From Balanoglossus misakiensis (taxonomy: Eukaryota; Animalia; Hemichordata), in NCBI GenBank assembly GCA_040954595.2, contig CM082598.2, forward strand, positions 1,178,001 through 1,242,000: a DNA stretch of 64,000 nt, read 5' to 3'. A program made the translations under genes and the position numbers. Positions 23,403 through 35,300 of this stretch are shown here, piece after piece. Each line of letters opens with the position of its first letter. The first letter of the stretch is position 1. The notes under the pieces were generated by a model. It was not told the DNA's origin. It was given only the letters and a program-made list of their open reading frames with translations, and did no database searches.

Positions 23403-25969
23403 ACAACATAACTTTTTGAATATTACTATTCTTGATGTTTTTAGATTACAGCTTATAAGCTTACAGAAGTGTATTAAAGCCAAGGCTTACACTTAACAGC
23501 TGGGTGTCTGTGTTTAATGATTACATTACACTACATTGTAGATTTCAACAACTTTGCACAGTTATACTGGTTATACCAATGACACCTCTGCAAACCAAAC
23601 AATTTCTTCAGCCCCTTTGTGTTTGGTTTAGACAGGTTTACGTAATATGCATTTCTTTAAATACTTCTGCAATTAAACTCATTTCAATTAGTACTGTGTT
23701 GTACTCACTTGCATGTGATGTAATACTGTTCTGTCCTAGAATTGCAGCGTGTCCATTTCCGACTACTTCAGGATGCTGTAGACTATCTGTCACACGGTCT
23801 CCATGGAGATACAAATCTCACAGTACAATGTAGTCTCCTGTCATCAAAACAATTAAATAGTTAAGGTTATAAAGGGGGAAAAAGCAGTTTCTTGAAATAT
23901 ACCAAGTAAGATACAATTGGAAAAAAAAAAACATTTCTCTCTATTTGTTGTTGTCCCAACCACCCTAAAGGGTATCTATTAAAGCTAAGTTACAACAAAT
24001 AAAATGTTGGTGTCACCATGCAGAAAGGTGAATGAGATTATGAGAATGAAAAAATAATTGTCAATTTCTCTCAAATTCAAAATGGCCGCCAATCTCTGTG
24101 TTAACTCTATGGAAAAAACTTAAAGTAGCGGTTTTCATGAAAAAAAGACGTTGAAAACTCAGTTTTCTTCTTTTTTTTTCAAAAAGACTCCCCACACGGT
24201 TAAAGTAAGCAAAGAATTTGAAGGTCTGAAGGACTTTTAATTTTCTGAGAAACGTGTACCATGCGAGATTTTACTGTCCGGAGTTAGGAATAGGATGCGG
24301 CTCTTGGCTAAGAACCCCCACGAAGCTGTAAGCCTTCATGAGCACATTCTTACACAACGCAAACGTTTTCAGGAGAACTGTTCAGTTTTGGGGACGGGTT
24401 TAACTCTTGACTTCTGAGCAATCATCAAAACAACTTGCTAGGGTCAAATGTAAGTCTATAAAACGCAGATATCTGACCGCGTCGAAGAATGGACATGGAT
24501 GATGTTTTCGTCTTGTGATGTGACAGAAAGTTTTACCCGCACCATATGTCGACTAGTACGACAATGAAATCCAACTTTTGACTTACATTTTGCTTCTGCT
24601 GTCCTTGATTCTTCTTCTTAACTATAATTTACATGTATAAACAACTGTAAAGTTCTTCTGTAATGATAATTTGGGAAGAGTCGTCGGCTCCAGGCATTTC
24701 TTCTGATTTGTTTATATACTTCGTAAGCAATGACGTCATGGATTACGTATATGTGATGTTGTGCGCCAACTACGGCCATTTACACTACATAATTTAAGAT
24801 ACAGTCAATGCATGCATGCTGTAAAAGTCTAAAACATATATGCGAGTAGGAAACTGTGCATATTTCAAAATGTGTACTGTACAAGGACTAATGTAAGCCT
24901 ACAATTTCTGTTAAATGCACACGTGAACCACATAAAAATAATGCGGTCACCAAAATAAGTGTGTAAGAAAATTTGCACTTGCAATTGTCAAGCTTGCAAG
25001 TTGAACCTCGACGTATCACTTCTATGGTCAATTGTTCAATTAAGATCAAACTCTCTCCTCAGAAACGAAAACATGTCGCTTTTTTAATCTTATGCGACAA
25101 TCTAGGACAGTTCATTCAAGCACATCTTCTTCTAGTAACCGTGATTCAAGTCCTAGTCAATAGTTATGTCCTCAGGTTGGCAACTGTTTGATTTATAGAA
25201 CGGCAAAGGTCAATTTTGATGATCACGTATCGAAACTGTACCACTGGATGAGTCATCAGTCTACCTGTCCTGCAAAAGCTGGTAGTCGTGGTGTTATTGT
25301 TCTTAAAGTGATTTTCTGCTTCACCTGGAAGGTAATTATGATTAGCAAACTTCAGAATTGTTTAGTAAACTTGTAAGCGCAGGTTTACAGAGGTAGCTTG
25401 TCAGATTCCGAGAAGTTCCTTCTTGATGTTCGCTGTCTGCTTCGATCAGTGTTCGGACTTTGCCCACTTCAGCCAACAAAGCCGAGGCTGTACTGTATGA
25501 AATTTGAACCAAAGCCTCGCGTAGACGCCATGGTGTTCTGAATCAGTCATTTTTCGCTGTGGCCAATATGACAAACCTTTTCCCAGTGGTCAGTTCATGG
25601 TTAAACCCCACGCATTCCGTGTATAACTTAATATAAGCTTATTCTGTGGACGAGATCTGCTCAAAACTCACTCGGACGGAATAAGGAACCATGTGGTTTT
25701 CACTGTGGTGTAGGCCTATACTACATTTTCAAGGGTCATAAATTTTTTTATGACTGGAAACGGGTATGAAGTGTCATGCAAGTTAGCTAAGGCTGAATTG
25801 TGGACTTCGCGTCAGTGAATGTTTGACCCAGGACCATTTGCAGGCCCTCAGCTCCTTCTGAAAACTGTCCACGTCAGGAGGACAGAGTAAAAGTGAAAAT
25901 GGCGAATCGTCTCCCAATAACTCACATTCAGGCGCCCTGTAAATTTTATTAACATATGTTCCAGGCAAT

Positions 25970-27505
25970 ATGGTACACCTGAGAAGTATTCTCTTCCTGT
26001 ATCTCGTGGTCATCTCGACCCAGCGTGTCACAACTTCAGAAACTTGCGATATGGATCAAAATGACTGTCATGGTCAAAGGTAAGCGAAAATCCAAGTCTT
26101 CAAATTTAGAATATTGTATCTTAAAATTTAGAATGTAAAGAGGGGCTTATTGTGATGGTGTAAAATTTTGAATGAGAGCAAAGATAATGTCTCAAAATTG
26201 AAATGCAAACTGGCCACCAATCTCGAGATAATTCTGTTTCGAGTCTTCCCCCATTTTTCTCATTTGCGTAGGAGTGTTCTGATTCTGAATGACGAGTGGG
26301 GAACATCCAAAGGCGGATTATCCAGCATGAATCGTCAGATTGCTTTCCAGGCAAAAGACGCCGGATTCCAGGTGTACGTGACAGTCTTGAAGACGGACGA
26401 TGATGACTTAGACGACGCCAAGGAAAAGGGGATCAATCTAGTTGTGGCGAAAGAACTCCAGGGTTTAGAGTTAAAACCAAACATTAATTCGCTGACGTTT
26501 TTCCACAAGGAATATTTCCCCGATTTAGAGAAAATACCAGACTTGAGTGTCATTATTGGGCATGTACCACTGACATCCGAGGCAGCCCTGTTGATCAGGA
26601 AGGAACGATTCCCGGATAAGAAAGTCTTCCTATTCATTCACGTGATACCAGAAGATATCGAACAACACAAGCAAGACTGGACACCTGAAAAGATGGCAAA
26701 ACGCGAGACTGATATTCTGAGATCGGCTGAAGAAGCCGATGTGGTGTTTTCTGTTGGCCCGAGAATCTACGACCACTTCAACATGAAATTCCGAGCTTCG
26801 GACAAAATTAAAAACCACATCAAGTATCTTCCGTCTCCCGACGATGAGTTCTTCGATGTTGAAATCCAACCACCAGAAGCCAGCCACCCTATCCAGATTC
26901 TAACATTCGGACGGGTTGCTGGCGTGGGAAATCTTAAAGGGTATGATATCGTCGCCTCAGCCATGAGCAAAGTTACTGAGATCTATCACCATATGAGATT
27001 ACCTGAACCCAAATGGATTGTTAGAGGGATCGCCACGGGACAACACGAAGAAAGTAAAGAGTATATTTTGAAGAACTTGAAGTCTGATGGGAAATACCTG
27101 GATTTCAAGTTATATCCATACGGCACACAGGACAATATCAGGAGAGATTTGAAGCAGAGTCACCTGGTACTGATGGCTTCCCGAACCGAGCCGTTCGGAT
27201 TGGTGGGGCTTGAAGCGATGGCGGCGGGAATACCAGTCCTGGTGACAACCAACTCGGGACTGGCCAAGTTCATCAGGGAAGAATTCCCGATGGAGTCCAG
27301 TCAAATGATCGTAGATGTTGGTGTTAATGATCTTGATCTTCCGAGTGACGTAGGCACTTGGCGCGACCGTATCATCGAAGTCTTGCGTGATAAATACAAC
27401 GTGCGGTTTCAGATGGCGCAAGACTTGAAGGAACGTCTGAGGCAATTAAATTCTGTCCGTCAGTCGCGGGCAAGGTTTCTGTTCGAGTTATTACACAGTT
27501 ACTGA
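25970..27505 (+). CDS. Glycosyltransferase family 4 (GT-B fold, Glycos_transf_1) with N-terminal signal peptide
   Basis: Exon 25970-26079 (MVHLRSILFLYLVVISTQRVTTSETCDMDQNDCHGQ, donor GTAAG, 110 nt) splices in phase 2 to the acceptor at 26271 (R-SVLILNDEWGTSKGGLSSMNRQIA). GT4 signature ASRTEPFGLVGLEAMAAGIPVLVTTNSG (EX7E); FGR...KGYD. The TTG start in the ORF track is intronic. Confidence 0.85.
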
Positions 27506-28159
27506 GTGTGCTGTGATTTCCAGAAATGCTGAGAAATAAATAAAACGTACATGTAACAGAAAAACTATCTAATGTCATTGCTCATTTCATAGACAAATAG
27601 ACAGACAGACAGACAAATAGACCGACTGACTCAATATTTCTTTGGGTATCTTTATTGGACGAGAGGGTATCTGCCATCTTGAAACTGGTCGCTTACATGA
27701 TATTATTCAGTGTAACAAACAAAAATCTGCTTAGGGATAAGTGCTCTGACTTGTTTCCACTTTCCAATGATTAAATGAGAATTGCTTGAGAATCCTCTTG
27801 TATTGTTTTGTCAATTTCAGGGAATTAGCACACAGATCAAGACATACCCCCCTGTTGATACCAGCTATCTTCAAATTGGCAGTGTCTTGAAGACTTCAAT
27901 CTGTTGACTGACTATGATATCGAACAGAAATACAGAAAAAAAAAACAATACAGTATAGAATAACTAGTCTAAGTTGGAATACAGAAATAAACTATGTGAT
28001 TGATAATATTTAATACAAGAAATGTACACATAAAATATCTTATGTACATGTACACGTCAAAAAGCTTTTCCTTTCAAAAATCTCACAGAAAATATTACAA
28101 AACAAGGTATCTTGGTACATAAATTATAACCATGAAAAACAAATTGGAAAATCCATCTG

Positions 28160-28417
28160 TGATTGACATGTGTCAGTCATGCATGCTTGTCTCCGCCCAC
28201 TTGAGATTCAGTGGTAAAGTACGCAATCAATTTGATTGACAGTTCACTGAATTGATTGACAGGTGTCAACCCTGTCTGTCACAATTCTATGGCAAGAAAC
28301 AGTCATGCTGGATCAATCACAGACATATTTTGGTAAATTCACGATTAAGTAAATTCTCAATCATGATTGACAGTTTTTTTTCTTTCTTTCGTGCATGCAC
28401 CGTGACGTGATTGACAG
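28160..28417 (+). promoter_or_regulatory. Cluster of TGATTGACAG decamers (PBX-MEIS/PREP consensus) in the CNOT2 3' UTR
   Basis: Exact copies at 28233-28242, 28253-28262, 28364-28373 and 28408-28417; variant TGATTGACAT at 28160. Confidence 0.55.
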
Positions 28418-28419
28418 CT

Positions 28420-31400
28420 TTAATGAACCATGACAGGAGTTGAGGAGGTGGGGTTATGACCAAATGAGGGCGGTAGGTGTGGCCTGTCTTCCAGTTTATC
28501 GTACTCCAAATGAAACTCTTTGGCCACCTTTCGCCAACCATGGCAATCGAAGAAATAGTAGGTGCCGCGCTCGTACGAGTTTGTTTTGACAGTTGGATCC
28601 ATTCCCGGCGCTCGTGTGATCCATACTCTCTCTTCCTTGTGATATCTCCAATCTCGGTTGTACCTATAAACACATACAAAATATTGTAAGAACGATGCCT
28701 ATGTTTAGAATAATGGCAATTCACAATAGGCGACACACATACATAAAACTAGCACAGAGCTATATTTTAACCCTTCCACTACCATGGTTCAGTCCAAACC
28801 CATTGTATACTACGGTAAAGTTAGACCTCTAAAGAGGGAACTGGGGATGAAAGGGTTGAAGAACTTGGAAAGTAGTGTACTCACAATTCAGCAGCTGCTG
28901 CTAGTTGCAAGACATCACCACCGTGCGTGTAGTAGAGATAGAATAACAGATCCTCTCCGTACCTACTCAATTTGATAGGTGCCAACTGAAAGAAACAGAA
29001 AAGATTTCAAACATCTACAAGCAGTGGGTTCTAGTATGCTTGCTTGGGGCGCCCTCAGTGGCCACTACAAGCGGTGCTTTCTAGTATACTTCCCTGGGAC
29101 GCCCTCAGTGGCAATCCAAGGAAGCAGGATACCCCAACAAAAATGTCAAATCGCGCATGATATTCAAAATGGCAGCAAACAACCAAAACTTGGAAAAAAG
29201 AGTTAATTTATTGTCTTAATTGTTTTAATACATACCTTGTCTCTAATGTGTACGTTTGTCAAGTATTCTTGGGGAACATGAAAGTCGATATCTTGAGGTC
29301 TGCACGGCGTATCAGCCCAGGGTGACGAAAACGTACTGTACAGGTTTCTGAAATGAAATATATAGATATCAATTATAAAATGTTGATAAAAATATCACCT
29401 GTTAACACAGCTCTCATTTTCATTCTACCTAATCTAAAATCTGAAATGGAAATAGCATCAATGACACTGTGCTCCCATTTCATAAGAATTTAGACACGTG
29501 TATAGCAGGCACTAATTTGTAAATTGTATATATAGGATCATGATTATACAGTTGTACATTTTAGAACATTATCAGATATTTTAGTAACTTGTGGACAGCA
29601 AGGTCTTTCTCACAGCCAGGAAAAGGTACTTACTCCGGTGAATTGAGATTGAGACCGAGGGTCGTCAGATCGCTGCCAAGTGCCAACGCCACAAGATTCG
29701 GGTCTGTCTCCGCGGCTTTGATGAACGTCAGCAAACCAACCATTCCAAACTGATCAGTCACCATTCCACCTGGTATACTCGTTATTTTACCTGCAGGTGA
29801 AGAGAAAAGAGTGAGCTAACCATGCCCCATTATTATCAACCTCTGCAAGCCTTGAAGTGGTCATCATAACAATGCAAGTTACCCACTGGCATCCGACTTA
29901 CCATCTGGATGTATCTGTATTCCTCGTTTACTTTGTTCACCGCTCGTTTTATCGCCCGGAAATCGTCCACTGTCCTTACTTGTGATGTCGTACGCATTGC
30001 CTGGTAAGAGGAGGGGCAGCCCTGTGCTAAATTTGTTCCCTACTGGTATACAAACACATTCTATACATATTAACATCTCTTTTCTGTACTCACTCTGTTC
30101 ACCCAAACACCTAAGCAAGGCCTTCCTTAGTGTCAATCGTATTTTACTGTGAGTAGCTGCGAACTTTGTAAACATATCTATTAGCCAGAATGGGATAAAC
30201 ATTGCTTTTCATTTCAGTAAGTATATGTGTGTGTGGTGGATGGGATGTATGTGTGGATTGGGTGTATGTGTGCATATATGTGCCTGTGTTCAAAGTTGTG
30301 TATGTGCATGGTTGACTGAATGTGTGTTTGTGCCTCAAACTATTCCTGTGAACTCCTGTTTTTTTTTACAAACCTGTTTTCATGCTGTTTGCATTGTTGG
30401 CACCCGGAAGTGCCGGGAAGTCTTCATTCTGAATCTGGAATTCCTGCTGCGGCTCCGTCTGCTTGTTGACCATTCCCACTGCAGTCCCGGAAAAGAATGG
30501 CAATACAAAGATGAGATGACAATTGAAGGAAAAACATCAAAAACACCTACAAACAAGATGCTTAACATTTTCATGTAAGTAGAATGGTCAACAAATCATT
30601 CGCCTCTCACAATGTAGCAGTCTAGTCAAAATCAGGAATGATCATATTGTTGTGGAAACGCGTAGTTCATACAGATGCCATCTCTTGCAAAAACACGCAT
30701 CAATTCCTTCTTCATCAACATTTGTATGTACATTTGTGTATAGTATTTCCTCTTCAAGAAAAACATTGAAACTGAACATCACAAAAACTCATAATTAATT
30801 ATCGTTATTTTTCCTGGGGTGAATACTGAATTGTTATTATCCACAGAATGACAAACTGGGGTGAAACAGTGCCACAGGGGGTCTTTGCAAAGGGGGGTGG
30901 GGGAGGGGGTACGAAGCATGCGACAGGTTTACTCTACCTAGATTAGTTTCCTTACCATACGCTGTTCTTCCAGCCATCGTACTCAGAGGGTTGAGGGGAA
31001 TGTTACTGTTGCTACTATCGCTTCCACGGCGCCCTCTATTGTTCAGCGCCGGGAAGTCGTTCAAGTCGAGTGTTGGTGCTGTGTCTGAAACTGAGATATT
31101 ACAGAGAGACAAATCCGTTATTATATCATCAGTGTGGCCTCTAACAAACATAATTTTTAAAAGCTTGGAGTGATTTTGAGGATTTCTAAAAATTTCTGAC
31201 CAATCACGTCAAGCCTGCTATATGTGAAATCTGCATACCCCCGGCTAAAATGGCAGACACCTCATAAACGACTACTTACATATACCAGCATTTGTAAATG
31301 AATTAGTGAACGATGGCTGACTGACACTGCTCATAACACCTGCTGTACTGAAGTTACTCTGTCCCCGTGTAATCCCAAAGCCACCAATACTCGTAGCTGG

Positions 31401-33864
31401 TGTCGTACCAATCCTACAGAATATAAACAGTTACATCAGCTGCAGGTGTGGGTCCAATACCATAAATAGGTTTTTACTTCGTGCTAGGGGGTCATATCAT
31501 TAGAATAATTGCATTCTGGGTAAAAGGTCGACAACTCACTGTAGTAAGACCTGATGAAATGATATATTACCTGTAAAAATGCAGTAAATGAATATAAATA
31601 CTTACGTTCCAAGCCCTATTCTTTGTTGCTGCTGCTGCTGTTGTTGTTTCTGTTGTTGTTGCATTGCTAGTATACTTGGAGACTGTCTGTTTGGACTCGC
31701 CAACCCCGAGGGCATTGCGTTTCCCCTGTTGGAGAGGTTCATGCTGCTTTGTGGGTTGTTGCTTGGTACTTGGTTGAAGAGCCCGCTGCGTGGACCCACT
31801 GACAATATCCCTCTGTAAGCAAAGGATGTGTATACAAGAATGTCCATGATTTCTTACTTAGAAATTACATTTAGAATTCGGATTAACCGTATTACCACTA
31901 TGGTTGAAATAGATATCCATGAGTTTGAACTTTGACCTATGACCTCACCTGCTGGGTGATGATGGTGGATGCTGTTGGAGACCTGATGGCATAGGCATTC
32001 CGCTGCTGGTCGGAGTCACATGACCTGGGATGTTACCGTGGTGACTTGTGACGGTTCTTCCCGGGAACTGTTGCGTCGGGTTTGGCATTCCTCGGGGGAC
32101 GTTTCCCATTCCTATACTTCCAATTCCTGGAAAACAACAATACGGATTGGTAGAAAATTTGTTTTGACATCGAGGTTGGTGAAAATGCACAAAAGATCAA
32201 TCAACTATCAACCAAAGGATTATTATGAATTATTTACCTTGCTGACCATAAAGACTTGCACCAAACTGTGACAAAGACTGCGACTGCGATCCAAGTAACT
32301 GAAATCATCAATGATAAAACACAAAGTCATTAATCAGGAACACAGATTGTTAGACAGTTCAGAAGTAGTTTATAACACCACCATTAATACTGTACACAAA
32401 TGCCAGAATCTTCAGATACTGCTTACAGGAGTTTGTCATATGATTAGGTTAACTAAAATACATAAAGTGTGCATACAAGCAGACATACCGAACTGATATC
32501 TTTCTCTGTTGTTCTGTGGGGTGGGAATATTGACTGATTGAAGAATAGATTTTGGTCCGTCAGATCACTTTCTTTGTAGAACCCCATTCTGTTCTTGTTT
32601 TTGTCACTTCCTCCTAGAAGAGAGCACAGTGGGTTATCAGTTTTGTAGTGTGTAGGTTGTAGAATTACGTTGTTACTTGGTTTCACCAATAAAATATTCT
32701 TTCCTTTAACCATGTGATTTTAAGTTGGAACATTCTCTTACCTGGTGACGACAGATCTGGTTGACTCTTTCTAGCTTCTTGCGACATACCAAATCTGTAA
32801 ATGATATGAAAATTATGTAGTTGTGCAGTCACCAAACTGTAGCGTGTCTTACTACACCAATTCAAAAGTGACTTGCATTCTAAGTAATGACTTTTCTGTT
32901 CACATGCAGTGTTTCTGATAGAAGTTAACTCAGAGACCGGAACAGGTCTGGCTGGTAGTGCCATCACAAATTAAGCACATTAGAGAAGTATTTATGACAC
33001 TGTCTAATCTAGAACATTTCAAAACAACATTAGCCAGCTTCATTTAAACACAAACACTGTCACATCATATTTCACAATAAACACGATAAACAACAGCACA
33101 GTCTACACAAACAATGACAATAACCTAACATTCGGCTAACCCAATGCTAGCCCAGTGCTAGGCAACCTGAAAAGGAGAGTTGATCCATACTGTATTCATG
33201 CATGCTGACTGAACATTTTTGTTACACATTAGATTTTCAAAATGACTCAAAATCTGCATATTATTTTGAGGCAACATGGCAACATACTTAAGTACAGTAT
33301 GGAGGTCAAGTCTGAATCAGGAAAATAAGAAGACAGAATATTTTAGTCGTCTCTTGCATAATATCAATACTTACTGGGTTGTCCATGAGAGATGGTCAGC
33401 CAATTGCAAGGGACGTCTAAGAAAAGTGAGAGTGTTGATAGTAGCAGTGGTAGTAGCATTGAAGGGTTTGCATTGTGAGAAATGTTACAATAAGCGAGTT
33501 ACAAGTGTTAGTGGGAGGACTGTGGTTAATGCACTGATGTCATACAAGACTAATCTACTGGTATGTATTGAAGAATAGCTGGCCAGGTGCAAATATCAGA
33601 TCTACTGTATCTTAACCACAAACAAAATAATTAATAAGATTGATTTTAGAGCATTTCACATGCTTCACTGTCAGTCAGTCAGTCCACATACTTAACATTT
33701 GCAAACATTTTAATTTGTATGCATTTTGCTATGGAATTTGTTTTGCTGCCACTTTATGTTATGATTGCATATAGCATATGTTTCTTCCACAATGTTCGTA
33801 CACTATAACTGAGTAAAAGTCCAACTTACTGTCCAAGATTGGGCATTTGGTTGAATTGCGCCAT
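28420..33864 (-). CDS. CNOT2: CCR4-NOT transcription complex subunit 2
   Basis: NOT2/3/5 domain exons: MVTDQFGMVGLLTFIKAAETDPNLVALALGSDLTTLGLNLNS; FSSPWADTPCRPQDIDFHVPQEYL; LAPIKLSRYGEDLLFYLYY; YNRDWRYHKEERVWITRAPGMDPTVKTNSYERGTYYFFD...KEFHLEYDKLE. Other motifs: LSQFGASLYGQQ, LDLNDFPAL, FQIQNEDFPALPG. Probable ATG at 33864. Confidence 0.93.
28771..28855. mobile_element. piggyBac-like MITE copy
   Basis: TTAA-CCCTTCCAC...GATGAAAGGG. Confidence 0.75.
29014..29113. repeat. Two-copy ~50-bp tandem repeat in a CNOT2 intron
   Basis: CTACAAGC.GTG..TTCTAGTAT.CTT.C.TGGG.CGCCCTCAGTGGC.A, twice. Confidence 0.75.
31623..31662 (-). repeat. Coding CAA/CAG repeat (polyQ) in CNOT2
   Basis: Encodes MQQQQKQQQQQQQQR. 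Confidence 0.85.
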
Positions 33865-34149
33865 TGTAAAAACACTGTTATAGCCAGCTAGCACCAGTGA
33901 CTACCTATAAAAGAAAACAAGACGACATTTGTCAGATTTCTGTTTGGAAGCAACGAAACAAACATAATTGTATCTTTCTTAGTAAATTTTTGACACTTGC
34001 CACAATATACTAGTACATGTAGTACTCTGTTGGGCCATCAAAACATTACACCAACAGAACTATGGATCAAGGTACGTACACACACAACCGACCGAACACC
34101 TCGGATATACACATGTATACAAATACATTGTATAAAGGCAACGGATGGT

Positions 34150-34700
34150 GGGGGGGGGGGGGAATCCCCGACATGCGATGGGACGCGACGCCTCCTTTTA
34201 ACCCTCCCCCTGCACTTAATTATTGTGTTTATTAAAAATAGCGATGTAAGCGGTTAAATCGCGACAGAAATATCCGCGAAATCTACGATCGCCGCTTGGA
34301 AGAAATTCAAATATCGTGCACAACGTCATATGCATGGGCTTTCATTTGTCCAGTACACCCAACATGGCGGCCCGATCTTTGTCTTTAATGGGGCAATTTA
34401 CACGGCGTTTTTACCAAATAAAAAGCCTTAGACGCGTCATGAAGCCGTGTGTGGCGACAGGTTATGTCGTACCGTGTGATCCGCATTTGTGTACCGCGGA
34501 AATAAAGTAAAAACACATCTGTTTGTACCTTAATTTCAGCATAAATGACACCGTCTTTTCCTGGAACTGGAACAAACTGCTATATGATGGTGACCTTTAA
34601 CCTCTCCAAACCACATTAAATCTCGCGATATCTCGCTATGATGAGGGGATGTGTTGAACCCTATATATTATAAAGCCAGGGTTTGTTCACATCAAATGCA
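34150..34700. promoter_or_regulatory. CpG-rich divergent promoter region between CNOT2 and the phosphonatase gene
   Basis: Local CpG enrichment and a YY1-type AACATGGCGGC at 34361-34371. Probable non-coding CNOT2 first-exon donor at about 34528. Confidence 0.55.
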
Positions 34701-35300
34701 TTGAAGGAGTCTTCAAAAGCTCATGCATACAATATTCTATCCACCTGATTTAAGACAAAAACTCCAACCCTACTTGAAATAACAGAAAACTCAAATACAT
34801 TATTGTAATAATAGTATATGAGTCACTGAAGAAGGTATGCCTTGGTTCTAGACTAAAGGTCACATTGCCCCACCATGCAATCAGTTGTAATTTTGATTGA
34901 AGAAAGTTTGGTTTTAGATATGGTCACTTAATCATTAACCAATGTTTGCTACTTCTGTAGGAGTACATGCTAGTTTTGAATCAGTCAACCAAGTCCAAGA
35001 ATCCTACATATGCGGTCAAACTTAACAGTACTAATCTCTGAGGATGTTTTCAAAAAGACAGAAAGTGAGCAGTTTTTCGACTAAAAGTAAGTACTTTCTC
35101 ACTGTCTTGTACATGTATATTACAGGAAAGAACCATTTGTGAATAAGAAATTCTCAGTTTGAAGTTTAAGAGAATTCTTTGAAGTTAACCCCACTATCCT
35201 GGCGCACTAGTCGGTTTTCATCCTTTTTAATTGTGAAAATGTGTGACTACTTAGTGTGATTCCGGTCTTATTTGGTATTTCAGGTGAATGGAGTAATCCC

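Noticed and set aside
25060-25900. IRF/ISRE-like motifs (GAAACGAAA, AAAAGTGAAA) upstream of the glycosyltransferase
   Set aside because: Short A-rich motifs are expected by chance in this AT-rich sequence.
26168-26271. TTG-initiated N-terminus (MNESKDNV...) of the 445-aa ORF, suggesting an intronless prokaryote-like gene
   Set aside because: This stretch is intron ending in a pyrimidine tract and TAG at 26271; an in-phase upstream ATG exon exists at 25970-26079.
31588-31818. Poly-Cys ORF on the plus strand
   Set aside because: It is the antisense reading of the CNOT2 polyQ exon.
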